DNA of 64,000 nucleotides from an uncultured Bacilli bacterium (GTDB lineage Bacteria > Bacillota_I > Bacilli_A > RF39 > UBA660), in contig CANRKG010000002.1 in NCBI GenBank assembly GCA_947631155.1, positions 12,325-76,324 on the forward strand, written 5' to 3'. Shown in pieces: positions 11,413 through 22,559 of this stretch. A program made the translations under genes and the position numbers. The notes under the pieces were generated by a model. It was given only the letters and a program-made list of their open reading frames with translations, was not told the origin of the DNA and did no database searches. Position 1 is the stretch's first letter. The number at the start of each line of letters is the position of its first letter.

Positions 11413-14046
11413 ATGAAAAAAGTAATACTAGTAGATGGTAACAATTTATTATTTAGAAGCTACTTTGCAACAGCTTATAGAGGAGTTATCATGAGAAATT
11501 CTAAGGGTTTTCCTACCAATGCTTTATATGGATTCTTAAATATGATGAATAAAATTATCCATGAAGAAAAACCTAATTATATTTTAGTAGCATTCGATAA
11601 AGGAAAAACCTTTAGACATGATAAATATACTGACTATAAAGCGGGCAGAAATGCAATGCCAGATGATTTAAAAGTTCAATTTCCTAAAGCTAAAGAAATA
11701 TTAGATGCAATGGGTATATGTCATTATGAAATAGACAACTATGAAGCTGATGATATTATTGGAACGGTTAGTAGAATAGTGGATGAAGAAGATGAATTTA
11801 TCGCCACAATTATTAGTAGTGATAAAGATTTATTACAGTTAATTAGTGATGAAGTAGACGTTAAATTATTAAAAACGGATGGCTTTTTAAGAATGGATAA
11901 ACAAACCTTTATGGAGCAATATGGCGTTGAACCAATTGGAATGATTGATTTAAAAGCATTAATGGGAGATAGTAGTGATAATATTCCAGGTGTAAAAGGT
12001 ATAGGAGAAAAAACAGCTATTAATCTTTTAAGTCAATATCAAACTCTAGATAATTTATATAATCATATTGATGAAATAAAGGGCAAGACTAAAGAAAAGT
12101 TACAATTAGATAAAGAAAATGCTTATATGAGTTATGATTTGGCTACAATATATAGAAAAGTTGAATTAGATTTTTCTTTAGAAGATTTAAAATATACAGG
12201 TATTAATAAAGATAAATATGTTGAATTATTAAAAGAATTTGAATTTAATTCTTTATTAAAAAAGTTAGGAGATATTACAGGAGTAAATCTCAATATTACT
12301 AATCCCAATAAAGAGTCAAAAGAAATAGTCAAAAAAGATTTAGTTATCAGAGATATGCGAGACTTTAATATCAAAAAAGAATTTTCTTATTATATTGAAG
12401 TGGATGGTAGTAATTATAGTAAAAGTAATATAATTGGAATTGGTTTATATGATGGTGAAGCAGGTTACTATCTTGATAAAGAGCAATTAGAAAATTATAG
12501 AAATATTTTTAGCTCTAAAAATAATAAATTTACTTATGATTTAAAAAAATCTATCTTTTGTCTAAATAAATATGGAATTAAGATTAAAAATACAACCTTT
12601 GATTTAATGATTGCAGCATATCTTTTAAATTATACAGTTAAAGATGACATTTCTTATTTAGCAAAAAAATTTAAATATGATATAGAATTATATGAAACTA
12701 CTTACGGAACAGATAGTAAAAGGCTAATTGTTGAAAAAGAAAAAACTGCTACTTTATGTATGGAAAAAGCTAAGTTTATTTATGAGATTAAAGATATGAT
12801 GATTGAAGAATTAGAAAAAGAAGAAGAATTATCATTATTTGAAGACATTGAAATGCCTCTTTCTGAGGTGTTGGCTGATATGGAAATAACTGGAGTAAAA
12901 GTAGATGGGGATTATCTGGATCAAATTGCCGCTGAATTAAAACAAGAAATGGATAAATTAACTACTATAATATATGAAGAAGCTGGAATGGAATTTAATA
13001 TTATGTCTCCTAAACAATTAGGTGATATATTGTTTGATAAATTACAAATCCCTTATCCCAAAAAAGTTAAAAATAGTAAATATTCGACTAGTAAAGATAT
13101 TTTAGATAAAATTATTGACTTTCATCCTATTGTAAAGAAAATTTTAGATTATCGAACCATTAATAAGTTATATACTAATTATGCTGTTGGTTTAAAAAAT
13201 GAAATTAGAGAAGATGGCAGAATTCATACCATTTTTACACAAACTTTAACTAGAACTGGACGACTTTCTAGTATTAGTCCTAATCTTCAAAATATTCCAG
13301 CTAGTGAAAAATATTCAAAATTAATTAGAACCGCTTTTATACCAGATGATAATTCAGTAATATTATCAAGTGATTATTCACAAGTGGAACTTAGAATCTT
13401 TGCGTCAATGTCTAATGCTACAAATTTAATTGAATCATTTAAACAAAATCTTGATATTCATACTAAAACAGCCAGCGATATTTTTCATGTTGATATAACT
13501 GAAGTTACCAAAGATATGCGTAAAGCAGCCAAAGCTGTTAATTTTGGAATTTTATATGGAATAAGTAGTTTTGGTTTATCAGAAGATTTAGGGATAGATA
13601 TAAAAACTGCTAAGCAATTTATTGAAAATTATTTGAATACTTATCCAGGTATTCAAGAATATATGGAAATTCAGAAAAAGAATGCCTATGAAACGGGATA
13701 TGTTAAAACTTTAATGAATAGAAAAAGAATTATTGATGAGTTGAAAAATAAGAATTATCTTGTAAGAAGTGGGGGCGAAAGAATTGCTTTAAATACACCT
13801 ATTCAAGGAACAGCCTCTGATATCTTAAAAAAAGCCATGGTTGAAATTTATGATAAATTTAAAGAGTTAGGTTTAAAAAGTAAAATGATTATTCAAGTAC
13901 ATGATGAATTAGTTTTTAATGTCATTAAAGAGGAATTAGAAACAGTAATTGAAATTGTAAGAGATATTATGGAAAATACATATAAATTAGAAGTACCATT
14001 AAAAGTTAGTATAGAATTTGGAAACAATTGGTATGAAGCAAAATAA
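11413..14046 (+). CDS. polA: DNA polymerase I
   Basis: 5'-nuclease domain (VDGNNLLFRSYFA, GDSSDNIPGVKGIGEKTA) and polymerase motifs DYSQVELRI, KAVNFGILYG and QVHDELVF. Confidence 0.97.
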   Translation: MKKVILVDGNNLLFRSYFATAYRGVIMRNSKGFPTNALYGFLNMMNKIIHEEKPNYILVAFDKGKTFRHDKYTDYKAGRNAMPDDLKVQFPKAKEILDAMGICHYEIDNYEADDIIGTVSRIVDEEDEFIATIISSDKDLLQLISDEVDVKLLKTDGFLRMDKQTFMEQYGVEPIGMIDLKALMGDSSDNIPGVKGIGEKTAINLLSQYQTLDNLYNHIDEIKGKTKEKLQLDKENAYMSYDLATIYRKVELDFSLEDLKYTGINKDKYVELLKEFEFNSLLKKLGDITGVNLNITNPNKESKEIVKKDLVIRDMRDFNIKKEFSYYIEVDGSNYSKSNIIGIGLYDGEAGYYLDKEQLENYRNIFSSKNNKFTYDLKKSIFCLNKYGIKIKNTTFDLMIAAYLLNYTVKDDISYLAKKFKYDIELYETTYGTDSKRLIVEKEKTATLCMEKAKFIYEIKDMMIEELEKEEELSLFEDIEMPLSEVLADMEITGVKVDGDYLDQIAAELKQEMDKLTTIIYEEAGMEFNIMSPKQLGDILFDKLQIPYPKKVKNSKYSTSKDILDKIIDFHPIVKKILDYRTINKLYTNYAVGLKNEIREDGRIHTIFTQTLTRTGRLSSISPNLQNIPASEKYSKLIRTAFIPDDNSVILSSDYSQVELRIFASMSNATNLIESFKQNLDIHTKTASDIFHVDITEVTKDMRKAAKAVNFGILYGISSFGLSEDLGIDIKTAKQFIENYLNTYPGIQEYMEIQKKNAYETGYVKTLMNRKRIIDELKNKNYLVRSGGERIALNTPIQGTASDILKKAMVEIYDKFKELGLKSKMIIQVHDELVFNVIKEELETVIEIVRDIMENTYKLEVPLKVSIEFGNNWYEAK

Positions 14047-14098
14047 ATTGCTAAATTATTATTTATATTAGTATTTTATTGTAAATTAGGAGGTATTT

Positions 14099-14920
14099 AT
14101 GCCAGAAAAACCAGAAGTAATAACTGTAGTTAAATTTTTAAAAGCCAAAATTATAGGTAAAAAGATAAAAAAAGTAGATGTGTTATGGAATAATATTATT
14201 GAGAGCCCATCGGTTTTAGAGTTTAAAAAAAATTTAAAAAATCAAACTATAGAAGATATTAGTACAAGGGGAAAATGGATTGTAATTAATTTATCTAAAA
14301 ATACTTTGATTATTCATTTACGAATGGAAGGTAAGTTTATGTTTAGAACAGTAGAAGATCCTATAGCTAAACATGAACATGTTATTTTTACCTTTGATGA
14401 TAATACGCAAATGCGATTTCATGATGTTAGAAAATTTGGCAAAATGCATTTATTATCCAAGGATAATTACTTAAATGAATCACCCCTTAAAGAGATGGGC
14501 TATGAATATAATGATACTAATTTAAATGCAAACTATTTATATACAAAACTTCAAACTAAAAAGATTCCAATTAAGACCAGTCTTTTAGATCAAAGTATTA
14601 TTACAGGAATTGGCAATATATATGATGATGAAATATTATTTATGAGTAAAATTTCACCACTTAAAAGTTCTAATTTAATTACTAAAAAACAATGTCAAGA
14701 AATTATTAAAAACACTAATATAGTTTTAAATAGAGCCATAGAATTAGGTGGTACTACTATTAAAAGCTTTACTTCCAGTGAAGGTGTACATGGTTTATTT
14801 CAAAATGAATTGTTAGTTCATGGTAAAAGTGGACAAAAATGTCCTGAGTGTGGAACTATCTTAGAAAAAACGAGAATTGGTGGAAGAGGTACTACATATT
14901 GTCCAAAATGTCAAAAATAA
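14099..14920 (+). CDS. mutM: Formamidopyrimidine-DNA glycosylase
   Basis: N-terminus MPEKPEV, an H2TH region, and the C-terminal zinc finger CPECG...CPKCQ. Confidence 0.94.
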   Translation: MPEKPEVITVVKFLKAKIIGKKIKKVDVLWNNIIESPSVLEFKKNLKNQTIEDISTRGKWIVINLSKNTLIIHLRMEGKFMFRTVEDPIAKHEHVIFTFDDNTQMRFHDVRKFGKMHLLSKDNYLNESPLKEMGYEYNDTNLNANYLYTKLQTKKIPIKTSLLDQSIITGIGNIYDDEILFMSKISPLKSSNLITKKQCQEIIKNTNIVLNRAIELGGTTIKSFTSSEGVHGLFQNELLVHGKSGQKCPECGTILEKTRIGGRGTTYCPKCQK

Positions 14921-14938
14921 AAAGGAGAGTAATATTTT

Positions 14939-16351
14939 ATGAAAAAAACAAAAATAGTTTGTAGTATAGGTCCAGCTAGTTATGATACTGATATAATGGA
15001 AAAAATGATATTGGCTGGTATGAATGTAGCTAGAATTAATTTTACTCATGCTACATTAGAAGAAAGACAAAAAGCTCTAGTAGCGGTTGCTGAATGTCGT
15101 AAACGTACTAATAAACCGATTGCTATTTTATGGGATACCAAAGGTCCAGAGTTTCGTACTGGAACTTTTGAAAACAATCAGATTGAATTAATTGTAGGTA
15201 AAAAAATTCGTATTATCAAAGATAATGTTTTAGGAAATAGTGAAAGATTTAGTGTTAATCATAAAGAAGCATTAGATTCCCTACAAGTCGGTAGTGATAT
15301 TTTTTTAGAAAATGCTAAAATGAAATTAAAAGTTATCAGCAAAGAAGAAGATGGGGTAACCTGTGAGATTATAACTGGTGGTATTTTAGGAAATCGTAAA
15401 AGTATCAATGTACCAGGAATTAAATTAAATATACCTTATATTAGTGATTTAGATAGAGAAGATATTAAATATGCCTGTGAGCATGATGGAGAGTTTTTAG
15501 CAATTTCTTTTGTGTCATGTAAAGAAGATGTTCTAGAGGTAAAAGAACTTATTAAAAAATATAATAGAGAAGATATCAAACTAATCTGTAAAATTGAAAG
15601 TCAATTAGGAATAAATAATTTAACAGAAATATTAGAAATATCTGATGGTATTATGATAGGAAGAGGTGACTTAGGAGCAGAAATTCCTAGTGAAGAAGTA
15701 CCTCATGCTCAAAAGTTAATGATTAAGGCTTGTAGAAAGATGGGAAAAATAGTAATTACAGCAACTGAAATGCTTGAATCTATGATGGAAGGAAATCGAC
15801 CTAAAAGAGCGGAAACTAGTGATATAGCAAATGCAGTTCTAGATGGAACAGATGCTGTAATGTTAAGTGGAGAAACTACTGTAGGAAAACATCCCGTAGA
15901 AACTGTTAAAGCTATGGCTGACATATGTGAGGTAGCTGAAAAATATGCTGAATTCAATTATATCTCGAATAAAGAGATACTTGATAGTGTACCAATGGCT
16001 ATTGCAGAAAATGTCGTTGAAAGTGCTAACCGTTTAAAGGCTAAATTAATTTGTGCTGCCACTATGAGTGGTTCCACTGCTGAAATTATTAGTAATTTAA
16101 AACCAAAAACACCAATTTTAGCCCTTTGTCCTAATGAAAAAATTTGTCGTAGTTTAGCTCTAAATTGGGGAGTTTATACAACTACCTTAAAAGTTTGTAA
16201 TTCAACAGATGAAATATTAGAATTAAGTGTAAACAAAGCCAAAGAATTTATGAATTTAGGTAAAAACGACAAAGTAATTGTAACTGGTAGTTTTCCTAAT
16301 ACTAATAAAATAGGTCCAACTAATTTAATAAAAATAGAAGTAATAGAATAA
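14939..16351 (+). CDS. pyk: Pyruvate kinase
   Basis: KTKIVCSIGPAS, GMNVARINFTH, IMIGRGDLGAEIP and TATEMLESM motifs. Confidence 0.96.
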   Translation: MKKTKIVCSIGPASYDTDIMEKMILAGMNVARINFTHATLEERQKALVAVAECRKRTNKPIAILWDTKGPEFRTGTFENNQIELIVGKKIRIIKDNVLGNSERFSVNHKEALDSLQVGSDIFLENAKMKLKVISKEEDGVTCEIITGGILGNRKSINVPGIKLNIPYISDLDREDIKYACEHDGEFLAISFVSCKEDVLEVKELIKKYNREDIKLICKIESQLGINNLTEILEISDGIMIGRGDLGAEIPSEEVPHAQKLMIKACRKMGKIVITATEMLESMMEGNRPKRAETSDIANAVLDGTDAVMLSGETTVGKHPVETVKAMADICEVAEKYAEFNYISNKEILDSVPMAIAENVVESANRLKAKLICAATMSGSTAEIISNLKPKTPILALCPNEKICRSLALNWGVYTTTLKVCNSTDEILELSVNKAKEFMNLGKNDKVIVTGSFPNTNKIGPTNLIKIEVIE

Positions 16352-16378
16352 AAAAAGAAAAGCTACTTTTCTTTTTTT
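16352..16378. terminator. Bidirectional terminator between convergent pyk and gmk
   Basis: Stem AAGAAAAG (16355-16362) / CTTTTCTT (16366-16373), extendable by A:T pairs, flanked by an A-run and a T-run. Confidence 0.65.
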
Positions 16379-17039
16379 AATGAGTAAAATTTTTATCAAT
16401 TAATAATTCATGCATAAATTCTTCTTGATTTTGAACATCTAATTCTTCAATTCTATCAACACGACATTTCTCAGAAATTAAGATAGAATTAACTTTTTCA
16501 ACTGCATTTTCTAAAACGTCGTTAACTACAACGTAGTTATAATCATTAACTTTATTAATCTCTTTATAAGCAGTTTGAAAACGATCTATTATTTGATCGA
16601 TTTTTGTATCAGCACCTCGTGCAATAATTCTTCTTTTTAATTCTTCCATTGATGGTGCTAAGATAAATATCAAAATAGTTTCAGGAAATAATTTTTTGAT
16701 TTGGGCAGCACCATGAACATCTATTTCCAAAATAATATCTTTTCCAGTATTCAATAGATCTTCCACTTCTTTTTTAGGAGTACCAAAATATTCTCCATAT
16801 CGTACTTTAGCATATTCTAGAAATTCATTGTTTTTTATTTTTTCTTCAAATTTTTCTTTGGAAATAAAGTGATAATCAACACCGTCGACTTCTCCTTTTC
16901 GCATTGGTCTTGAAGTATAAGAAACAGGGCAGACTGTATTTTCTCTTGTTTCTAATAATTTATTAATGACAGAGGCTTTACCAGCACAAGTAGGTCCACT
17001 TATAATAATTAGATTTCCACGATTATTTAATTTTATCAT
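16377..17039 (-). CDS. gmk: Guanylate kinase
   Basis: P-loop GPTCAGKAS, YTSRPMRKGEVDGVDYHF, EYAKVRYGEYFGTP. Confidence 0.9.
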   Translation of the reverse strand: MIKLNNRGNLIIISGPTCAGKASVINKLLETRENTVCPVSYTSRPMRKGEVDGVDYHFISKEKFEEKIKNNEFLEYAKVRYGEYFGTPKKEVEDLLNTGKDIILEIDVHGAAQIKKLFPETILIFILAPSMEELKRRIIARGADTKIDQIIDRFQTAYKEINKVNDYNYVVVNDVLENAVEKVNSILISEKCRVDRIEELDVQNQEEFMHELLIDKNFTH

Positions 17040-17041
17040 TA

Positions 17042-18175
17042 TTATTCCTTCTTTCCTAAATGATTTGTATATTCTTCATATAACAAATTATCATTTTCAA
17101 TTAAATCATATATTTCGGTAGTTTTTAATTCAAAATCTAGTATTTTTGAATAATTTTTTTCAAATTTACTAAGGATTTTTAAATTAACATCTTTTTTTAC
17201 TGTGTTTAAATACTTTTGACCAATATTATTAAAACCTAAAATTCGAATATATTCAATCTCTTTGGCTTTTTCAGCAAAATCTTTAGTAAATCCTATTAAA
17301 ATATGCATAAGCATTCTTGATAACTTATTATATGTATACCGTTTGGATTTTATATTATTTATTAACTCATCATAACAAGAACAATTTTTAATTACTTTTT
17401 TTAATTTTTGATCAATACCTTCATCAACAGTTTGATATCGATCAAGATTATCCTCAGTAATAATTTTATATTTTAATAGGGGAAAGTAATCTTCCTTAAA
17501 ATGAAGATTATTTAAATATGGTACTACAAAATCAGGAATAGTATTAGAAATATCCTGATGATTTTTTAAAGCTTCTCTAATCGCCGTAGCGCTACATATT
17601 TTATTAAGACTTTTACTATGATAATCATTAGTTCTCTTTATACAGATAGGCTTAATCTGATAATTATATTTTAAAATAGTTTTAATATAACTAACCCCTA
17701 ATAAATCATTAGGAGCATTAATATTTTTATTAGTTAAATCATATACTGCTTTTGATAAAGCAGTAGGATAATTACTTCCTAATTTAGAATATATTTTTAC
17801 TAACTGTTCAAATTCGGGATTATTAATTTGGCATTGAGCAATTGTTGTCAATTCTGAAATATTATCGATTTCACTTCCAAAGACAAATTTATCAACCTTT
17901 AATTGTTCTAAAAGAGTAATTGCTCCATAACTAAAGAAATCAGCAGATTGAGTAGCAAAAACATAAGGAAGTTCTACTACTAAATCAACTCCGGCTTTAA
18001 TTGCAATACTAGTTTTCTTCCATTTATCAATAATAGAAGGTTCACCACGCTGAGTAAAATTTCCTGAAAGAATTAACACAATGGGTTCATTAGGAAACAT
18101 TTCTTTTACTTTTTGTAGATGATACATGTGACCATTATGAAATGGATTATATTCAGCAATAATACCAACTGCCAT
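17042..18175 (-). CDS. tmcAL: tRNA(Met) cytidine acetate ligase (YlbM/UPF0348 nucleotidyltransferase)
   Basis: N-terminus GIIAEYNPFHNGHxYHL is typical of TmcAL. It is divergent from ylbN-rpmF, as in B. subtilis. Confidence 0.88.
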   Translation of the reverse strand: MAVGIIAEYNPFHNGHMYHLQKVKEMFPNEPIVLILSGNFTQRGEPSIIDKWKKTSIAIKAGVDLVVELPYVFATQSADFFSYGAITLLEQLKVDKFVFGSEIDNISELTTIAQCQINNPEFEQLVKIYSKLGSNYPTALSKAVYDLTNKNINAPNDLLGVSYIKTILKYNYQIKPICIKRTNDYHSKSLNKICSATAIREALKNHQDISNTIPDFVVPYLNNLHFKEDYFPLLKYKIITEDNLDRYQTVDEGIDQKLKKVIKNCSCYDELINNIKSKRYTYNKLSRMLMHILIGFTKDFAEKAKEIEYIRILGFNNIGQKYLNTVKKDVNLKILSKFEKNYSKILDFELKTTEIYDLIENDNLLYEEYTNHLGKKE

Positions 18176-18273
18176 TTTATCACCTCTTTTTAATAGTTAT
18201 AATTCTAGCACAAAATTAGCTTAAAATAAAGATAAATTAGATAAAATATGTTACAATTATAATAGGTGATAAA

Positions 18274-18729
18274 ATGATTATAGATTTAGACTTATTTGAA
18301 GATTATACAATTGATAAAGATATTATAATACCTGAAAATTATTATAAAGATAGTGAAGTTGAAAAACTAGAAAACATTCATGTTAAAGGTAAGTTGTTTC
18401 ATGATAGTGATGATAGTATTCACGTAAATATCCAAATAGAAGGAAAGATGATTTTATTAGATTCTATTTCTCTAGAGAAAGTAGAATATCCATTTTCTAT
18501 AAAATATGATGATATTTTAGAAGAAAGTTTAAAAAAAGATGAAAATAAACTTGATTTATTTGAGTTTTTGTGGGAAAATATTGTACTAGAGATTCCCCTA
18601 AAGTTTACTAAGGTTGAGGATCTCAGTAAATTTCATGGGGATGGATGGAAATTAATAAGTGAAGAAGAACAAGATTCTTCTAATAATCCATTTAATGATT
18701 TATTAAAAAACTTTGATAAAAAGGAGTGA
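18274..18729 (+). CDS. YceD/YlbN family (DUF177) protein
   Basis: Acidic ~150-aa product immediately upstream of and overlapping rpmF, which is the conserved ylbN-rpmF arrangement. Confidence 0.8.
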   Translation: MIIDLDLFEDYTIDKDIIIPENYYKDSEVEKLENIHVKGKLFHDSDDSIHVNIQIEGKMILLDSISLEKVEYPFSIKYDDILEESLKKDENKLDLFEFLWENIVLEIPLKFTKVEDLSKFHGDGWKLISEEEQDSSNNPFNDLLKNFDKKE

Positions 18730-18734
18730 TTATA

Positions 18735-18917
18735 ATGGCTGTACCATTTCGTAAAGTTTCTAAAACTAGAAAAAGAACTAGACAAGCTCATAAAGCTATG
18801 GTAGCACCAACAATGACTAAATGCCCAACTTGTGGAGAAATGATTAAACCACATCGAGTATGTAAAAAATGTGGAAGCTACAAAAAACAAACAGTTGTAG
18901 AAGTTAAAGAAGCTTAA
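18735..18917 (+). CDS. rpmF: 50S ribosomal protein L32
   Basis: [16 protein letters not shown]...[17 protein letters not shown] 18735 follows AAGGAG; the ORF-track start 18726 is upstream of the real start. Confidence 0.95.
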   Translation: MAVPFRKVSKTRKRTRQAHKAMVAPTMTKCPTCGEMIKPHRVCKKCGSYKKQTVVEVKEA

Positions 18918-18930
18918 TTGCTTCTTTATC
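18906..18930 (+). terminator. Intrinsic terminator after rpmF
   Basis: Stem AAAGAAGC (18906-18913) / GCTTCTTT (18920-27) with loop TTAATT; it overlaps the rpmF stop codon. Confidence 0.6.
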
Positions 18931-18961
18931 CGTATTTAGAGAAAAATTAGGAGGGTTGGAT

Positions 18962-20146
18962 ATGAATATTAATGATTCAAAAGAAATAAGAGAAAGATTT
19001 AAAAAAGAATATGATCAAAATTGTACAAAAATAGAATGCTTAGATGAAAAAATAAATATATTAAATAAAAATCGCTTAAAAAAAAGAATAATAACTACTG
19101 GGTTATTTTCGATAATTCCTTGGTTTATAGGAATAGGTCTAATTCCAAAAGCATTAAATGTTATTCCTCTATATATGATACAGCCTCTATGTTATGTTGC
19201 TCCTATCTTAGTAGGTATAGCAGGGGAAAGGTTATTAACAAAAATTCAAAAAAATAAAAAAAAGTTAAGAAAGTTTTCCAAAGCTAAAACGGAAAAAGAA
19301 AAATTAGAAGAATCTACCAAGTATGAAATAGAAAAAGCTAAATTAAAAAATGCCAATAAAATATTAAAAAGAAATATTTCTAATTTAAGAAAAAATGATA
19401 GGTTTGTTAGTTTGTTTCAAGATAATTACAATCAAAAAGATGATAGATTTGATAATACATCTAAAGAAGAAATTGCTCATAATTTTGAAAATATGAGTGA
19501 AATTTCAAAAAAAGAATATCAAAAACTTGATATCGCAACTACCAGAAAGTTTTTGGCAGAATATATAATAGAAAAAGACTGGTCATATAAGGAGTCATTC
19601 TATAAAGTTCTATTTTGTTTCACTAGTATAATGAGTTATTATATTCCAAATAGTATAAGTGAAAGTCTTTACCATATATCTATTTCAGCTCCTACCACTA
19701 TTATGGAAAATATACCCGGTATAGTTTTAGCTATCTTAGGTGGTAATTTTATAATGAAAGATAACGAAAATAAGAAGATTGTATTTAATAATATTAATGA
19801 TAAGCTTGGTAATAATCGTACAATTATTGATGACGCTCTTGACAAAGAGTTAGTTGCTAAAGAATCAGAACAAATTACAGAAGAATTAAAAGATTCTCTA
19901 AAAGCTACCACTATTATGAGATTAGAACTTGAAAAAGCAAGGCAAAAATTAATTAATTTTTCTACTACTAGTAATTACCAAAAAGATAAAGAAGGATATA
20001 AAGATAGTCAAAAGAGTTATACTGATAAAGAATTTATTGCAGATAGTATAATATCATGTATGGAAAAAGACGAAAGTATAGATGCAAAAGAAAACAAACC
20101 ACCAGTCTTATCAAAGAACATGAATAATCCAAAAAAACAATCTTAG
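18962..20146 (+). CDS. Hypothetical membrane protein with Lys/Glu-rich coiled-coil segments
   Basis: ATG 18962 lies 6 nt after AGGAGGG. There are hydrophobic segments (~aa 45-95 and ~230-260) between charged helical regions. No recognisable family. Confidence 0.7.
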   Translation: MNINDSKEIRERFKKEYDQNCTKIECLDEKINILNKNRLKKRIITTGLFSIIPWFIGIGLIPKALNVIPLYMIQPLCYVAPILVGIAGERLLTKIQKNKKKLRKFSKAKTEKEKLEESTKYEIEKAKLKNANKILKRNISNLRKNDRFVSLFQDNYNQKDDRFDNTSKEEIAHNFENMSEISKKEYQKLDIATTRKFLAEYIIEKDWSYKESFYKVLFCFTSIMSYYIPNSISESLYHISISAPTTIMENIPGIVLAILGGNFIMKDNENKKIVFNNINDKLGNNRTIIDDALDKELVAKESEQITEELKDSLKATTIMRLELEKARQKLINFSTTSNYQKDKEGYKDSQKSYTDKEFIADSIISCMEKDESIDAKENKPPVLSKNMNNPKKQS

Positions 20147-20170
20147 TTTATTGCAGGATTGTTTTTTTTT
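20131..20170 (+). terminator. Intrinsic terminator
   Basis: AAAAAACAATC (20131-) pairs with GATTGTTTTTT (20157-) and is followed by a T-run; it spans the stop codon of the preceding ORF. Confidence 0.6.
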
Positions 20171-20228
20171 ACGAATAATTCTATTTATTAAAAAACAATA
20201 GTTTGATATAATTAATTTGGTGAATAGT

Positions 20229-22559
20229 ATGAACCTAGAAAAGTATTTAGATAGTGAATTATTAATAGTATGTCCTACTTCTATAAAAGAAAAAATTTTA
20301 AGTAAATATAATGATAAAATATATGATTGGAAATTCATGACTAAACAAGAATTTAAAGATCATTACTTTTTTTCTTATGATAATGTAACTATTAATTATT
20401 TGATGGAAAAATATAATTATAATATTGACGTATGTAAAACTTATTTAAAAAATCTTTATGTCATTGATATAAATAAAAAATATAAAAATAAGAAATTAGT
20501 ATTTTTACAAACTTTAAAGCAAGAACTTATAAACCAAAAGCTCCTAAAATTTGATTATTTATTTCCAGATTATCTTAAAACTAAACAGATAATAGTTATA
20601 AAATATGATGTATTAGATAAATATGAAGAGAAAATGTTTCAACAAGCCATATTTTTAAAAAATAATCACAAAAAAACTAAAAAGTTAAAACAAAAGGTAT
20701 TTAAGTGTCAAAGCCTAGAAGATGAAATCTTATTCGTTATTGAAGAAATATTACGTTTAGTAGAAGCTAATGTGAGTTTAAATAAAATTTTTATCGCCAA
20801 TCTTTCTAGAGATTATTTATATACTATTTATAAATTATTTTCTTATTTTAAAATTCCTATTAATTTAAATATGCAGGATTCTTTATATGGAACAAAAATT
20901 GTATATGATTATTTAAAATCTAAAAAGCTACCAGCTTTTAAAAGTCAGATTACAGATCAACTAATTACAGTCCTTAATAGTTTGATTAATTTGGAAGATA
21001 GTAAGTATTATCATGAGTTTTTAATTGATAAATTAAAACATACATATATTAAACCAAACAGACTAAATAACGCTGTTAATATAATCAACTTAGAAGAAGA
21101 TGTCATTGATGATGATTGTTTTTTATTTGTGGTAGGATTAAATCAAGATATTTTACCTAAAACTTACAAAGATGAAGATTATATTACTGATAAAATAAAA
21201 AAAGAAGTCGATTTATATTCAACTAAAGAAAAAAATTTATTAATTAAAGAAAACGTTATTGAAATTTTATCTCATATCAAAAATTTATATCTTTCTTATA
21301 AAGAAAAAAGTAGTTTTGATGATTATTTACCATCTTCTTTAATTAAAGAATTAAACCTGGAAATAGAGCCTTACAATAACGATAAAATCTATAATTCAGA
21401 TATTTATAATAAGTTAAAATTAGGACAATATTTAGATAATTATTATAAATATGGTGAAAAGCCTGCTTTATTATTTACTTTAAATAATAATTATCAGATT
21501 CAATATAATACTTATAATAATCAGTTTACTAATCTTAATTTAAATAGTTATCAAAAATATTTAAATAATAATTTAACATTAAGTTATACTTCTTTAAATA
21601 CTTATAATTTATGCGCTTTTAAGTATTATATTAATTATATTTTAAAACTAAATCCTTTTGTTGATAATTTTTCTATTTTAATTGGAAATTTATTTCATTA
21701 CATATTCTCTGTAATGTATCACGAAGAGTTTGATTTTGATTATGAATGGAAGAATTTTTTAAGTAAATATGAATTATCTATTAAAGAACGATTCTTTTTA
21801 CAAGATTTAAAACCAAAATTAAAAGAAGATATTGAAATTATAAAAGAATTAGAATCAAAATCAGTTTATGAAAATATTATAACTGAAAAAGAAATTACCT
21901 TACCAATTACGGATAGAGTATATTTTACTGGAAAAATTGATAAAATTTTATATTATAAGAACATTGATGATACTTATTTTGCTGTCGTTGACTATAAAAC
22001 AGGGAATATTAATACAAATATTAATAATATGAAATATGGACTTAATATGCAACTTCCAATATATTTATATTTATTGAGTAAATCATCTTTATTTACATCA
22101 CCAATTTTTACAGGTATGTATTTTCAAAGAGTGTTATTTCCAACTTTTAAATTTGAAAATAAGAAAAATTACTATGATATTAAACAAAGTAATTTAAAAC
22201 TACAAGGATATTCTACTAATGAAATAGATCGATTAGAAAAATTTGATCATAGTTATCAAGATAGTAGTTATATTAAAGGATTGAAGTTGAATAAAGATGG
22301 TTCTTTTTCTAAAAATAGTAAAATTTTATCAGATTTAGAAATATACAATGTAGTAAAATATACTGACCAAATTATTAATAGTACAGCTAATAATATATTA
22401 GATGGTGACTTTTCAATTAATCCTAAAATAGTTGATGCTGAAAAACCTTGCTCTTATTGTGAATTTAGAGACGTTTGCTTTGTCCATAATAAAGATTATA
22501 TTTATCTAGATAAACAAGATAATTTAGACTTCTTAGGAGGTGATACAGATGGCAAATAA
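20229..22559 (+). CDS. addB: ATP-dependent helicase/deoxyribonuclease subunit B (AddB type, Fe-S nuclease domain)
   Basis: Size and position upstream of and overlapping addA. C-terminal PD-(D/E)XK block (GKIDKI..VVDYKTG). Cys pattern NLCAFKYY ... CSYCEFRDVC is consistent with an AddB iron-sulfur cluster. ATG 20229 is preferred over TTG 20217. Confidence 0.88.
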   Translation: MNLEKYLDSELLIVCPTSIKEKILSKYNDKIYDWKFMTKQEFKDHYFFSYDNVTINYLMEKYNYNIDVCKTYLKNLYVIDINKKYKNKKLVFLQTLKQELINQKLLKFDYLFPDYLKTKQIIVIKYDVLDKYEEKMFQQAIFLKNNHKKTKKLKQKVFKCQSLEDEILFVIEEILRLVEANVSLNKIFIANLSRDYLYTIYKLFSYFKIPINLNMQDSLYGTKIVYDYLKSKKLPAFKSQITDQLITVLNSLINLEDSKYYHEFLIDKLKHTYIKPNRLNNAVNIINLEEDVIDDDCFLFVVGLNQDILPKTYKDEDYITDKIKKEVDLYSTKEKNLLIKENVIEILSHIKNLYLSYKEKSSFDDYLPSSLIKELNLEIEPYNNDKIYNSDIYNKLKLGQYLDNYYKYGEKPALLFTLNNNYQIQYNTYNNQFTNLNLNSYQKYLNNNLTLSYTSLNTYNLCAFKYYINYILKLNPFVDNFSILIGNLFHYIFSVMYHEEFDFDYEWKNFLSKYELSIKERFFLQDLKPKLKEDIEIIKELESKSVYENIITEKEITLPITDRVYFTGKIDKILYYKNIDDTYFAVVDYKTGNINTNINNMKYGLNMQLPIYLYLLSKSSLFTSPIFTGMYFQRVLFPTFKFENKKNYYDIKQSNLKLQGYSTNEIDRLEKFDHSYQDSSYIKGLKLNKDGSFSKNSKILSDLEIYNVVKYTDQIINSTANNILDGDFSINPKIVDAEKPCSYCEFRDVCFVHNKDYIYLDKQDNLDFLGGDTDGK

